From assembly GCA_035635775.1 (NCBI GenBank), contig DASQAL010000254.1, positions 13,035 to 77,034 of the forward strand: DNA of 64,000 bases. Direction: 5' to 3'. This document shows, piece after piece, positions 19,449 through 28,838 of this stretch (position 1 is the first letter of the stretch; each line of letters opens with the position of its first letter). The notes under the pieces are model-generated. The model saw only the letters and a list, made by a program, of their open reading frames with translations. It was not told where the DNA came from and did no database searches. This stretch comes from Candidatus Acidiferrum sp. Lineage in GTDB: Bacteria; Methylomirabilota; Methylomirabilia; Rokubacteriales; CSP1-6. A program made the translations under genes and the position numbers.

Positions 19449-20285
19449 TCAGCGGATCAGCTTCGCGTACTGGTCGAGCAGGGGCAGGATGACGTCGCGG
19501 CCCTCGGACGGCAGGCGCAGGATCGACCGGGTGATGCCGGCGCCCGCATAGGTCTCGAGCGTCGCCTCGTCGGGCTTGGCGCCGAAGACCGAGACCGAGA
19601 TCGTCTTCATGTCGCGCCCGGCGCGCGCGGCCCGGGCCTGGAGATCCTTGAGCCCGGCCAGGATCACGTCGCCCGCCCGGCCCCGCGGAAACCAGCCCTC
19701 GCAGAAGTCCACCACCCGCTGCAGGGTGTGGCCGCTTTCGCCGCCCAGCAGCACGGGCGGATGTGGCTTCTGGGCGGGCTTGGGCCAGGACCAGATGGGG
19801 TCGAAGTTCACGTGCTGGCCGTGGAACTGGGCCTCGTCCTTGGTCCAGATCTCCTTCATGGCCAGCACCTGCTCGCGCATCCGCTTGTAGCGACTCTTGT
19901 ACTCGGTCCCGTGGTTCTCCATCTCGTCCGCGTTCCACCCGGCCCCGATCCCGAAGAGGAAGCGCCCGCCCGAGAGCAGATCGAGGCTCGCCACCTCCTT
20001 GGCGGTGGTGATGGTGTCGCGCTCGATGATCAGGCAGATGCCGGTGCCTACCTTCAGGCGCTTGGTCGCGGCGGCGGCCGCCATCAGCGACACGAAGGGG
20101 TCGAAGGTGTGGGAGTACTCCTTGGGGAGCGGTTCGCCGCCCGGGAACGGGGTGCGACGGCTCGTCGGGATGTGGGTGTGCTCGGGCACGAACAGCGACT
20201 CGAAGCCGCGCTCCTCGGCGGCGCGGGCGAGCTCGTCGGTGCGGATCGCGTAGTCGGTGGCGAACATGCAAATACCCAAATGCAT
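19449..20285 (-). CDS. LLM-class (luciferase-like) F420/flavin-dependent oxidoreductase
   Basis: MHLGICMFATDY... TIM-barrel LLM pattern, GIGAGWNADE; GGAGG SD 6 nt upstream of chosen ATG. Confidence 0.75.
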   Translation of the reverse strand: MHLGICMFATDYAIRTDELARAAEERGFESLFVPEHTHIPTSRRTPFPGGEPLPKEYSHTFDPFVSLMAAAAATKRLKVGTGICLIIERDTITTAKEVASLDLLSGGRFLFGIGAGWNADEMENHGTEYKSRYKRMREQVLAMKEIWTKDEAQFHGQHVNFDPIWSWPKPAQKPHPPVLLGGESGHTLQRVVDFCEGWFPRGRAGDVILAGLKDLQARAARAGRDMKTISVSVFGAKPDEATLETYAGAGITRSILRLPSEGRDVILPLLDQYAKLIR

Positions 20286-20361
20286 CGCAGACCTCCTTGT
20301 GGCCCGCCTCTGGCGGGCCACGGTTTGTTTAGACCGGCATCACTCCGTGCTTCTTCCGGGC

Positions 20362-20865
20362 TCAGCCCTTCACGACGGCGGTGCGGTAGGTGTTGACCCC
20401 GGTGTCGGGCGGCGAGCCGCTGATCAGGGTGATCATGGTCGCGGCCTCGCTGCGATGGTGGGTCGCGTGGTTGACCACGTGCTGGAGCAGCGCCCCGAGG
20501 GCGACCTGGAACGCCTTGCCCTCCGTGTTCCGGTAGTGCACGGGCCGGGTGAGATCGGCTTCCGCGAGCCCCTCCACGAAGGCGCGCTGCTCCGCCTCGA
20601 ACGCGTCCCAGCTGGCGCGCAGCCCGGTCATGCTCGCGAAGTCCGCGTCGCCCCAGAGCCGGCTCGGAGACGATCCCTTCCAGCGGGTGAGCCAGACATT
20701 GTCGGCTCCATAGATGTGGGCGAACATGCCCTTGAGCGTGGGGAAGCTCCAGTGCGCGCCCATGTCGCGCGTGACCCCGTCCCCCAGGCCGGATGCCAGG
20801 TCGAAGAGCCGGCGGTTCGCCCAGCGGTGATAGTCGTAGTGCTCCCGGATCAGCGCGATGGACAT
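20362..20865 (-). CDS. DinB/YfiT-like metal-dependent hydrolase family protein (DinB_2)
   Basis: His-containing four-helix pattern HYDYHRWANRRL ... HVVNHATHHRSE typical of DinB_2. Confidence 0.6.
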   Translation of the reverse strand: MSIALIREHYDYHRWANRRLFDLASGLGDGVTRDMGAHWSFPTLKGMFAHIYGADNVWLTRWKGSSPSRLWGDADFASMTGLRASWDAFEAEQRAFVEGLAEADLTRPVHYRNTEGKAFQVALGALLQHVVNHATHHRSEAATMITLISGSPPDTGVNTYRTAVVKG

Positions 20866-20888
20866 GGCGTCTCCTTCGCGATGGGGGG

Positions 20889-21104
20889 TCAGTCGATGAC
20901 CGCGACGGTGTCTCCCTCCTGCACCGTCTGTCCCTCGGCGACCTTGATCTCGCGCACCTTGCCGGCGCGCGGGGCCTCCACCGGAATCTCCATCTTCATG
21001 GACTCGAGCACGATGACCGCGTCACCTTCGGCCACCGCGTCGCCCGGCTTGGTGGTGATCTGAAACACCACGCCGGTGATATGGGCTTTGACGTCCTCAG
21101 GCAT
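20889..21104 (-). CDS. small biotinyl-domain carrier protein (biotin/lipoyl attachment)
   Basis: 71 aa with VLESMKMEIPVEAP biotinylation lysine motif (AMKM-like). Confidence 0.75.
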   Translation of the reverse strand: MPEDVKAHITGVVFQITTKPGDAVAEGDAVIVLESMKMEIPVEAPRAGKVREIKVAEGQTVQEGDTVAVID

Positions 21105-21185
21105 TGAGCGCTCCTTGTCGGATTCTCGCGGCGTCTTTCGAGGCCGCCGCATTCTCTCATATCCGGCGGCCGCCCGGCGGCGCGG

Positions 21186-22337
21186 CTAGTAGGGCAGGCT
21201 CTCCCGCCCCATCAGTTCGCGGGCCACCACCATCTTCATGACCTCGGCGGCCCCGTCGCCGATCTCGAGCCCGATCACGTCGCGCATGCGTTGCTCGAAC
21301 GGCAGCTCGTCGGTGTAGCCGTAGTGGCCGTGGAGCAGGAGGCACTGGTGGATGGTGTCCACCGCGAGCCGCGGGCCCCACCATTTGGTCATCGCCGATT
21401 CCTTCGTGTAGGGCCGCCCCTGGTCCGCCAGCCAGAGCGCCCGGTAGCAGAGCCAGCGGCAGGCTTCCAGGTGGGTGGCCGCCTCCGCGATCGCGAAGGA
21501 CACGCCCTCAAAGCGCGCGAGGGCCCGGCCGAAGGCTCGGCGCTCCTTCACGTAGACCATGGTCTCCTCGACCGACTGCTGGGCCACCCCGAGGCAGGCG
21601 AGCGCGATGCCGATGCGGTTGTAGTCGAAGCCCTGCATGACCTGGTAGAAGCCGGTGCCCTCCTCCCCCAGCCGGTGGGACGCGGGCAGGCGCACCTGGT
21701 CGAAGGCCAGGACGGCCCGGCCGATGGCGCGGGTGCCCATGTCGCGCAGCGGGCTGCGCGAGACGCCCGGCCGGTCGAGGGGCACCAGGAAGGCGGTCAC
21801 CCCACGCGCCCGCCCCGCCGGATCGGTGCGCGCGAAGACGACCGCGGCCTGCGCCGCCATGCCCAGGCTGATACCGGACTTCTCCCCGGTGATGACGTAG
21901 CCGTCGCCGTCGCGCTCGGCCCGGCACGCGAGATTGGCCGCGTCCGAGCCGGCGCCGGGCTCGGTGAGGGCGAGCGCGACCACCGCCTCGCCGCTCGCGG
22001 TCGGGGGCAGCCACCGCGTCTTGATCGCGTCGCTCCCGCTGCGCCCCAGGATCTCGCCGGCCAGACCCGCGAGCTGGATCCCGTAGGTGCAGCTGAAGTC
22101 GCCGCGCCCGATCTCCTCCATCGCGATGCCGAAGGTCAGGAAGTCCGCTTCCTGGCCGCCGTAGGCCGCGGGGATGCGCAGGCCCAGCAGTCCCAGCTCG
22201 CCCATGCGCCGCCAGGCCTCCCAGGGGAACTCACCGGTCTTGTCCCACTGGGCCGAGTGCGGCGCCAGCTCCCGCCGGGCGAATTGCCGAAGCGTGCGCA
22301 CCAGCTCGTCCTGCTCGGGCGAGAACGCGAGGTCCAT
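21186..22337 (-). CDS. acyl-CoA dehydrogenase
   Basis: 383-aa segment of the listed 566-aa ORF; ACAD N/M/C domains (ALTEPGAGSD, catalytic region YGYTDELPFEQRMRD); GGAGG SD upstream. Confidence 0.85.
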   Translation of the reverse strand: MDLAFSPEQDELVRTLRQFARRELAPHSAQWDKTGEFPWEAWRRMGELGLLGLRIPAAYGGQEADFLTFGIAMEEIGRGDFSCTYGIQLAGLAGEILGRSGSDAIKTRWLPPTASGEAVVALALTEPGAGSDAANLACRAERDGDGYVITGEKSGISLGMAAQAAVVFARTDPAGRARGVTAFLVPLDRPGVSRSPLRDMGTRAIGRAVLAFDQVRLPASHRLGEEGTGFYQVMQGFDYNRIGIALACLGVAQQSVEETMVYVKERRAFGRALARFEGVSFAIAEAATHLEACRWLCYRALWLADQGRPYTKESAMTKWWGPRLAVDTIHQCLLLHGHYGYTDELPFEQRMRDVIGLEIGDGAAEVMKMVVARELMGRESLPY

Positions 22338-22345
22338 GGGGCCTC

Positions 22346-23122
22346 CTAGAACACCGGCTTGCGCTTCTCGGCGAACGCGCGCAGCCCCTCGGCGGCGTCG
22401 GCCGAGCGCATGTGCTCCGCCACCAGGCGGCGCTCGAGCTCGAGGCCTTCGGCCAGCTCGGTGTCGAACGCGCGGGCCACCAGGGCCTTCACGGTGCGGT
22501 TGGCCGATCCGCTGCCGGCAGCCAGCGCGGCCGCCAGCTCCTCCACCGCGGGAGCCACCGTCCCGGCCGGGACCACGCGATTGACGAGGCCCCAGGCGAG
22601 CGCCTCCGGCGCGGTGAGCCAGCCGCCGAGCAGCATCAGCTCCTTGGCCCGGCGCGCCCCGATGAGCCGCGGCAGCCGCTGGCTTCCGCCCCCGCCCGCC
22701 ACCAGCCCGAAGTTCGCGTGCTGATCCCCGAGCCGCGCGGCCTCGTCGGCCACCACGAGGTCGGCCACCAGCACCAGCTCGAGCCCGCCCGCGAGAGCGA
22801 GCCCGTGCACCCCGGCAATAACCGGCACCGGCAGCGCTTCGATCCGGTCGAAGACGCGATGCCAGAGACGCATGAAGGCGCCCCACCGCTCGGGATCGGG
22901 CGAGAGCTCGCGCACCGCCCGCAGGTCCGCGCCCGCGCAGAAGGCCCGGCCCGTCGCGGTCAGGGTCACCACGCGCGCGCCGGCGTCGCCCTCCACCGCC
23001 GCGCAGGCGCGATCGAGATCGCGGAGCAGCTCGGGGCTGATCGCGTTCAGCCGGTCCGGACGGTGGAGCGTGATGCGCGCGACACCGCCGGATGTCGTGT
23101 AGGTGATCGTCTCGAAGTCCAT
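22346..23122 (-). CDS. enoyl-CoA hydratase/isomerase (crotonase fold)
   Basis: 258 aa; GRAFCAGADL oxyanion-hole motif, GLALAGGLEL; GGAGG SD upstream. Confidence 0.85.
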   Translation of the reverse strand: MDFETITYTTSGGVARITLHRPDRLNAISPELLRDLDRACAAVEGDAGARVVTLTATGRAFCAGADLRAVRELSPDPERWGAFMRLWHRVFDRIEALPVPVIAGVHGLALAGGLELVLVADLVVADEAARLGDQHANFGLVAGGGGSQRLPRLIGARRAKELMLLGGWLTAPEALAWGLVNRVVPAGTVAPAVEELAAALAAGSGSANRTVKALVARAFDTELAEGLELERRLVAEHMRSADAAEGLRAFAEKRKPVF

Positions 23123-23160
23123 GGCCGCCTCCTGGTGAGCGGGCCCGCTCACATCCCCGC

Positions 23161-23958
23161 TCACATCATCGTATAGCCGCCGCTCACCGAGAGGGTCTGC
23201 CCGGTGATGAAGGCCGCGGCGTCGGAGGCGAGGAACAGCACCGCGGGCGCCACGTCCTCCGGCTTGCCGATGCGCCGCAGCGGGTAGGCCTTGGCGATCC
23301 GCGCCTGCATGTCCGGGGCGCTCCAGGCGCGGTTGGCTTCCGCGGCCCACATGCTGAGGCCGCCGAAATCTTCGTCCGAGGCGGGGATGGTCATGCCGGG
23401 GCAGACCACGTTGAGCCGGATGCCGTGGCGGCCGACCTCGCGCGCGAGACTCTTGGACAGCGCGATGACGCCCGCCTTGCACGCGCCGTAGACGCCCTCG
23501 CGGAACTCGCCCATGCGCCCGGCGTCCGAGCCCATGCTGACGATGGCGCCCACCTTGCGCGCGATCATGCCGTCGAGCACCGCGCGGGTGCAGTTGATCA
23601 TGCCCCAGAGATTGAGCTGGATCTCCCGCTCCCACTCGGTCCGCTCCTTCTCCACGAAGAGCCGGTCGTAGGTCCAGCCCACGTTGTTCACCAGGACGTC
23701 CACCCGGCCCGCGCGGCCCTCGACCTCGCGGACCATGGCCTGGACGGACTCCCAGCGGGTCACGTCGGTCGGCACCAGCGTGGCGGACGCGGCCCCCAGC
23801 CCCTCGGCCTCCGCGACGACCTTCCGCCCCTGCCCCTCGTCGATCTCGGCGACCGTGAGGTGCGCGCCCTCCTTCGCGAAGGCCAGGCTGATGGCCCGCC
23901 CGATGTTCGAGCCGCCTCCGGTGACGATCACGCTCTTGCCGCCCAGGTTCACGTTCAT
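23161..23958 (-). CDS. SDR family short-chain dehydrogenase/reductase
   Basis: TGGGSNIG cofactor motif, NNVG, catalytic YGACKAG. Confidence 0.85.
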   Translation of the reverse strand: MNVNLGGKSVIVTGGGSNIGRAISLAFAKEGAHLTVAEIDEGQGRKVVAEAEGLGAASATLVPTDVTRWESVQAMVREVEGRAGRVDVLVNNVGWTYDRLFVEKERTEWEREIQLNLWGMINCTRAVLDGMIARKVGAIVSMGSDAGRMGEFREGVYGACKAGVIALSKSLAREVGRHGIRLNVVCPGMTIPASDEDFGGLSMWAAEANRAWSAPDMQARIAKAYPLRRIGKPEDVAPAVLFLASDAAAFITGQTLSVSGGYTMM

Positions 23959-24000
23959 GGTGTGTTGGCCTTTCACGCTTTCGCGCCCGATCAACCGGCG

Positions 24001-24050
24001 CTTCTTGTTCTGATTGGGGGGGAGCGGCGGCGCTCCTCCCCCAAACCCCC
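24001..24050. terminator. near-perfect G-rich palindrome downstream of the biotin carboxylase gene (putative terminator; related in style to the 19388/50550 repeat)
   Basis: ttgggggggagcggcggcgctcctcccccaa forms a ~13-bp stem hairpin between the accC-like stop (24109) and the SDR start. Confidence 0.45.
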
Positions 24051-24108
24051 CCACCGCATTCTTACATCGCCTCGCGTCCCGATTCGCTCCGCCGCCCGTT
24101 CAACCGTT

Positions 24109-25449
24109 TTACGCGAAGGCGCCCTGCTCGACCATTTGCGTGTGGACGGTGCCCGCGCGGAAGGCGCCGCTCTGCATCACGCGCTGCTGGAATAGGATCG
24201 TCGTCTTGACACCCTCGACCACGAAGCCCTCGAGCGCCCCGCTCATCCGCGCGATGGCCTCGTCCCGCGTGACGCCGGTGGTGATCAGCTTGGCCAGGAG
24301 CGGGTCGTAGTGCACGGTGACCTCCACGCCTTCCGCCACCCCGCACTCGAGACGCACCCCGGGACCTTCCGGCAGCACGAGCCGGGTGATCCGGCCCGGC
24401 GAGGGCATGAAGCCCTTGGCCGGGTCCTCCGCGTAGATCCGGCATTCGATGCTCGCGCCCCGTTGCGTCACCTGCTCCTGGGTCCAGGGCAACGAGTCGC
24501 CTCCGGCGACGCGGAGCTGCGCCTGCACGAGGTCGAGCCCGGTCACTTCCTCGGTCACCGGGTGCTCCACCTGCAGCCGCGTGTTCATCTCGAGGAAGTA
24601 GAACTCGTCGCCCTGGACGATGAACTCCATGGTGCCCGCGTTGACGTAGCCCACCGCGCGGGCCCCCGCCACCGCGGCCGCGGTGAGCCGGGCCTTCAAG
24701 GCGGCGGACAGGTTGGGCGCGGGACTCTCCTCGACCAGCTTCTGGTGCCGGCGCTGGATGGAGCACTCGCGCTCGTGCAGATGCACCACGCGGCCCCCGC
24801 CGTCACCGAAGACCTGCACCTCGACGTGCCGCGGCGACTCGAGGAAGCGCTCGACGAACAGGGCGCCCGAGCCGAAGGCGGACTGGGCGCGCCGCTGGGC
24901 AGAGGCGAAGGCGGCGCCCAGGCCCGCCTCGTCCTTGACCCGCATCATGCCGATGCCGCCGCCGCCCGCGGCCGCTTTGATCATCACCGGATAGCCGATC
25001 CCGCCCGCGACCTCCCGGGCGGCCTCGACCGAGTCCACGGGCCCGTCACTGCCCGGCACCACCGGGACGCCCGCCCCCGCCATGAGCCGGCGCGCGCCGA
25101 CCTTGTCGCCCATCTGCTGGATGACCCGCCCCGAGGGCCCGACGAAGATCAGCCCAGCCGCCTCGCAGGCCTGGGCGAAGCGCCAGTTCTCGGAGAGGAA
25201 GCCGTAGCCGGGATGGACGGCCTGGGCGTTCGTGCGGCGGGCCGCGTCGATGATGCGCTCGACGTCGAGATAGCTCTCGCGCGCGGGCGCGGGCCCGATG
25301 AGGACCGCTTCGTCGGCGTCGGCGACGTGCGGCCAGCCTGCATCGGCCTCGGAGTAAACCGCCACCGTCCGGATGCCGAGAGCCCGGCAGCCGCGGATGA
25401 CCCGGCGGGCGATCTCCCCCCGGTTGGCGATCAAGACGCTCTGCAGCAC
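24109..25449 (-). CDS. biotin carboxylase (AccC/PycA family, ATP-grasp)
   Basis: VLIANRGEIARR, GYGFLSEN, ATP-grasp GYPVMIKAAAGGGGIGM, EMNTRLQVEHPVTE; GTG start 5 nt after upstream stop; no biotinyl or carboxyltransferase domain in this ORF. Confidence 0.85.
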   Translation of the reverse strand: MLQSVLIANRGEIARRVIRGCRALGIRTVAVYSEADAGWPHVADADEAVLIGPAPARESYLDVERIIDAARRTNAQAVHPGYGFLSENWRFAQACEAAGLIFVGPSGRVIQQMGDKVGARRLMAGAGVPVVPGSDGPVDSVEAAREVAGGIGYPVMIKAAAGGGGIGMMRVKDEAGLGAAFASAQRRAQSAFGSGALFVERFLESPRHVEVQVFGDGGGRVVHLHERECSIQRRHQKLVEESPAPNLSAALKARLTAAAVAGARAVGYVNAGTMEFIVQGDEFYFLEMNTRLQVEHPVTEEVTGLDLVQAQLRVAGGDSLPWTQEQVTQRGASIECRIYAEDPAKGFMPSPGRITRLVLPEGPGVRLECGVAEGVEVTVHYDPLLAKLITTGVTRDEAIARMSGALEGFVVEGVKTTILFQQRVMQSGAFRAGTVHTQMVEQGAFA

Positions 25450-25454
25450 GGAGC

Positions 25455-26435
25455 TCAGGCGGGCGGGGCGGCGGACGCGGAGACGGCCTCGAGCACGGCG
25501 ACGCGCCAGTCGGAGCCGGTGGGCACCCAGCGGAGCAGGAGCGTGATGCCGTCGTGGACGCCGTCGAGGCGGAGCTTCACGAGGCGCTGCTCGCCCACGC
25601 GCGCGCACGCGGCGATCCGATGGCGGCCGCCTCCGACGGCGCGGAGCCGCGTCTCGAGATCCGGGCCCAGCTCCACCTCGGGCGCAAGCCAGCGCCGGGC
25701 CCCGGCCGCGTCACCCGCGATCAGCGCATCGCCGAAGGCGTCGAGGGCCTGGGCCAGCGCGGGGGCGATCGCCCACGTGCCCGTGGATTGCTCGAGGCGG
25801 ATGAATTCGGCGGCATCGTCGCTCAGCGGCGCGGGCGGGTCCGCGGCGGCGCTCGCGCGCGTGACCGGACCCGTCCCGGTCACGCCGCCCGCCGCCTCGA
25901 GCAGCGCCCAGAGCCGGATCTCGCAGGCGCGGGCGCGCGTCTCTAGCTCGGGCGTGCGGAGGAGATGCCGCAGGACCGTCTCCCCGGCCGCCACGTGCCG
26001 CCGCTCGTCCTCGATGCAGCGGGTGAGGATCCGGCAGGTGGGCGGCTCATAGACCGCGTTGGCGCTCACCAGGTGGGCCTCGTAGGTGGCGAGCAGATGC
26101 GGCTTGAGCACGCGGTAGATCGCGACCACGCGCTCGATGGTCTGCTCGGGCCGCTCGGCGGCCTCGACCGCGTCCAGGAAGGCCACCAGCCGCGCGTTGG
26201 CGGGCTCGGAGACCTGCGCGGCGGCGCGCAGCTCGGGGAGGCGCTTGCCCCAGGCGTCCGCGTGCTGCGCACTGTCCCAGACGTGGCGGCCCATGAGCAG
26301 CTTGGCCGAGAGCTCCGGGGTCAGCGCCATCCAGCCGCCCAGGATGCGCGTCATCCGCTCGACCGCGTAGCGGTAGTGGCGGACAGTCTTCGCCGACTCG
26401 TCGACCTCGAGGTGTCCCGCAAGCGGGTGCGTCAT
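25455..26435 (-). CDS. hypothetical protein, ferritin-like (putative diiron ExxH) N-domain fused to NTF2/SnoaL-like C-domain
   Basis: YEAHL... and CIEDERRHVAAGE carboxylate/His pairs; C-terminal 120 aa pattern resembling SnoaL-like fold; assignment is inferential. Confidence 0.4.
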   Translation of the reverse strand: MTHPLAGHLEVDESAKTVRHYRYAVERMTRILGGWMALTPELSAKLLMGRHVWDSAQHADAWGKRLPELRAAAQVSEPANARLVAFLDAVEAAERPEQTIERVVAIYRVLKPHLLATYEAHLVSANAVYEPPTCRILTRCIEDERRHVAAGETVLRHLLRTPELETRARACEIRLWALLEAAGGVTGTGPVTRASAAADPPAPLSDDAAEFIRLEQSTGTWAIAPALAQALDAFGDALIAGDAAGARRWLAPEVELGPDLETRLRAVGGGRHRIAACARVGEQRLVKLRLDGVHDGITLLLRWVPTGSDWRVAVLEAVSASAAPPA

Positions 26436-26452
26436 GCGGCAGGAGCGGGCGG

Positions 26453-27208
26453 TTAGTAGACGGCCGACCGCTGGGTGGTCTTGATGAGCCGGGCGATCTC
26501 CTCGTCGGTGAAGCCGCCCTCGCGGCGCGCCTCGGTGGCGATGGAGATCGGCACGAGCTCGTGCGGGCCCTCGCGGCGGATGCCGCCCAGGTTGAAGCGC
26601 TCGTCGATGGTCTCCTGGAACTCGATCGCGAGGCGCCGCCGCTCAGGATCGCCCTCGGTGAGCCGGGTCAGCCACTTGGAGCCCATGCGGACGTGGGTGA
26701 TCTCGTCGGCCAGCACGTAGTCCACCGCCCGCTCCAGGATCGGATCGCCCATCCGGCGGGCGATGTGCACGAGCTGGTTGAACACGTCACAGGCCAGGCC
26801 CTCGAGCCCGCGGTTCACGCCGGCCACGCGGGCCGCCGCGTCCTCCGCGCAGGCGCAGCGCCAGAGGATCGTGGTCTCGGGGAACTCGCCGATATAGCCG
26901 TCCAGGTGCTCGAGGAGGCGCACGTAGATCTCCACGTGGCGGGACTCGTCCCAGACCTGCCGCGCCATGTCCATGGTGAACTCCCACGGCGCGTCCGGAA
27001 AATCGTAGACCGTGCGGCCGGCCCCTTCCATCGCCTGCAGCTCGCCCACCATGATCCCGTGCACGCGCTCCTTGATGGAGTCACGGGACAGCAGATCCGG
27101 GAAGGGGGGCAGCCCCTGGTCGATCTTGAGCTGCGCGACATCGCGCGCCCGCATCCGGATCAGGCGATCCTCGCGGGCCAGCTTGTCGTAGGCGATGGGT
27201 CGTTGCAT
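26453..27208 (-). CDS. DUF455-family ferritin-like diiron protein
   Basis: GELQAMEGAG, DESRHVEIYVRLLEHLDG, LADEITHVRMG motif spacing characteristic of DUF455/ferritin-like superfamily. Confidence 0.6.
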   Translation of the reverse strand: MQRPIAYDKLAREDRLIRMRARDVAQLKIDQGLPPFPDLLSRDSIKERVHGIMVGELQAMEGAGRTVYDFPDAPWEFTMDMARQVWDESRHVEIYVRLLEHLDGYIGEFPETTILWRCACAEDAAARVAGVNRGLEGLACDVFNQLVHIARRMGDPILERAVDYVLADEITHVRMGSKWLTRLTEGDPERRRLAIEFQETIDERFNLGGIRREGPHELVPISIATEARREGGFTDEEIARLIKTTQRSAVY

Positions 27209-27259
27209 GAGCCTCTCCGACGGAGAAATGAACCGCTGTTCAGTGAGTCTAGCCCAAGC

Positions 27260-28471
27260 CTATGCCGAAGGCAACGGGCCGCCCCGGGCCGGCTGATCGG
27301 AGGATCGGGTGCGCTGGGGCCGCCGCACGACGCTGGCCGGGCGGAGCGACTCCTCGCCGAAGCGCGCGGTGACGCGGTCCATGGCCCGCGCGAGCCGCTC
27401 CCGGCGCTGAGCGTCCGGCTCGAGCAGCGAGAGCTGGCCGGACGCGGCGGGCCCCAGAGAGGACACGGACAGCCCGATGAGCCGAACCGGCTGGCGGAGC
27501 GGAATGCGGTCGAGCAAGGCGCGGGCGCGATGGTAGATGGCGAGCCCGTCCTGGGTGGGGTCGTCGGTGTGACGGCGCGTCAGCGTGGAGAAGTCCGCGA
27601 AGCGGAGCTTGAGGGTCACACAGCGCCCCGCGTAGCCCTCCGCGCGCAGCTCGCGCGCCACGCGCTCGGCCTGCTCACGCAGGGTGGCGGCCAGCCGCTC
27701 GGCGTCACGGTGATCGCGGCCGAAGGTCTCCTCGGCGCCCATGGACTTGGGTGGCGCGAACGGCTCGACTCCACGGTCGTCGCGGCCGTGCGCCAAATCT
27801 TGAAGTCCGCGCCCACTCGGGCCGAACCGGGCCTCGAGGTACTCGGCGGGGACCGCGGCGAGCTGGCCGATCGTCTGCAGGCCCATGGCCTCGAGCCCTT
27901 CCGCGGTCACGCGGCCCACCCCCCAGAGCCGCGAGACCGGCAGCGGCGCCAGGAAGGCCGCCTCGGTGCCCGGGGCCACCACCACGAGCCCGTCGGGCTT
28001 GCGGAGATCGGAGGCCACCTTCGCCACGAACTTGTTGGCGGCCACCCCGACGGACGCGGTGAGGCGCAGCGAGGCCGCGATGCGCGCCTTGATGGCGCGC
28101 GCCACCGCCGGGCCGTCGCCGTGGAGCCCCTCGGTGCCGGTCACGTCCAGGAACGCCTCGTCGATGGAGACCGGCTCGAGCAGCGGCGTGAAGTCGGCGA
28201 GGATCGCCATCACCTCGCGGGACACGGCCGCGTACTTGTCCATGTCGACATGCAGGAAGGCGCCGTCGGGACAGAGGCGCGCCGCGCGCCCGATGGGCAT
28301 GGCCGAGTGCACGCCGAAGCGCCGGGCCTCGTAGGAGGCGGCCGACACCACGCCCCGTCCCGACGGATCCGCGCCCACGATCACCGGCCGCCCCCGCAGC
28401 TCCGGCCGGTCCCGCTGCTCCACGGACGCATAGAACGCGTCCATGTCGACATGGAGGATCGTCCGGGTCAC
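27260..28471 (-). CDS. dinB: DNA polymerase IV (Y-family translesion polymerase)
   Basis: ILHVDMDAFYASVEQRD, SIDEAFLDVTG, little-finger domain; GTG start proposed (listed ATG start lies inside the repeat element). Confidence 0.85.
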   Translation of the reverse strand: MTRTILHVDMDAFYASVEQRDRPELRGRPVIVGADPSGRGVVSAASYEARRFGVHSAMPIGRAARLCPDGAFLHVDMDKYAAVSREVMAILADFTPLLEPVSIDEAFLDVTGTEGLHGDGPAVARAIKARIAASLRLTASVGVAANKFVAKVASDLRKPDGLVVVAPGTEAAFLAPLPVSRLWGVGRVTAEGLEAMGLQTIGQLAAVPAEYLEARFGPSGRGLQDLAHGRDDRGVEPFAPPKSMGAEETFGRDHRDAERLAATLREQAERVARELRAEGYAGRCVTLKLRFADFSTLTRRHTDDPTQDGLAIYHRARALLDRIPLRQPVRLIGLSVSSLGPAASGQLSLLEPDAQRRERLARAMDRVTARFGEESLRPASVVRRPQRTRSSDQPARGGPLPSA

Positions 28472-28485
28472 GGGTGGGAGGGCGG

Positions 28486-28556
28486 TCAATCGGTTTACTT
28501 CTTTAAGCTCTTTTTGTATGCGGGGGCCTCGAAATGGCCCCCGCACTCCCCCAGTT
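28486..28556. repeat. second copy (inverted relative to 3240-3330) of the ~65-bp hairpin repeat, immediately upstream of dinB
   Basis: cggtttacttctttaagctctttttgtatgcgggggcctcgaaatggcccccgcactccccc. Confidence 0.7.
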
Positions 28557-28634
28557 CCGTCTCACGTCTTGACCAGGCGCTTGGTACTGCACCGCCCGGG
28601 CCGGCGGTCAACGCGCGGCGTCGGCGCGCGGCGA

Positions 28635-28793
28635 TCAGCGCGTGGCGCTGCGGCCGCGCCACTTGTCGATGGACTTCTTGGAGAAGAGCCACTTCCCTTC
28701 GTGCTCGACGGCCGGGATGAGCCGGTCGGCCGCCATCTGAGCCACCGCCTTCTCGTCCATGGCGAGGTACCGCGCAGCTTCCTTCACATCCAT
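28635..28793 (-). CDS. small helix-turn-helix DNA-binding protein (excisionase/MerR-like HTH_17 type), 52 aa; not in the supplied ORF track
   Basis: Reverse-strand reading ATG...TGA gives MDVKEAARYLAMDEKAVAQMAADRLIPAVEHEGKWLFSKKSIDKWRGRSATR; pattern matches excisionase-family HTH. Confidence 0.5.
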   Translation of the reverse strand: MDVKEAARYLAMDEKAVAQMAADRLIPAVEHEGKWLFSKKSIDKWRGRSATR

Positions 28794-28838
28794 CGTGTCC
28801 TTGGGCAGCACGTCGCTCTCGCCTCCTGTGGAGTGGGG

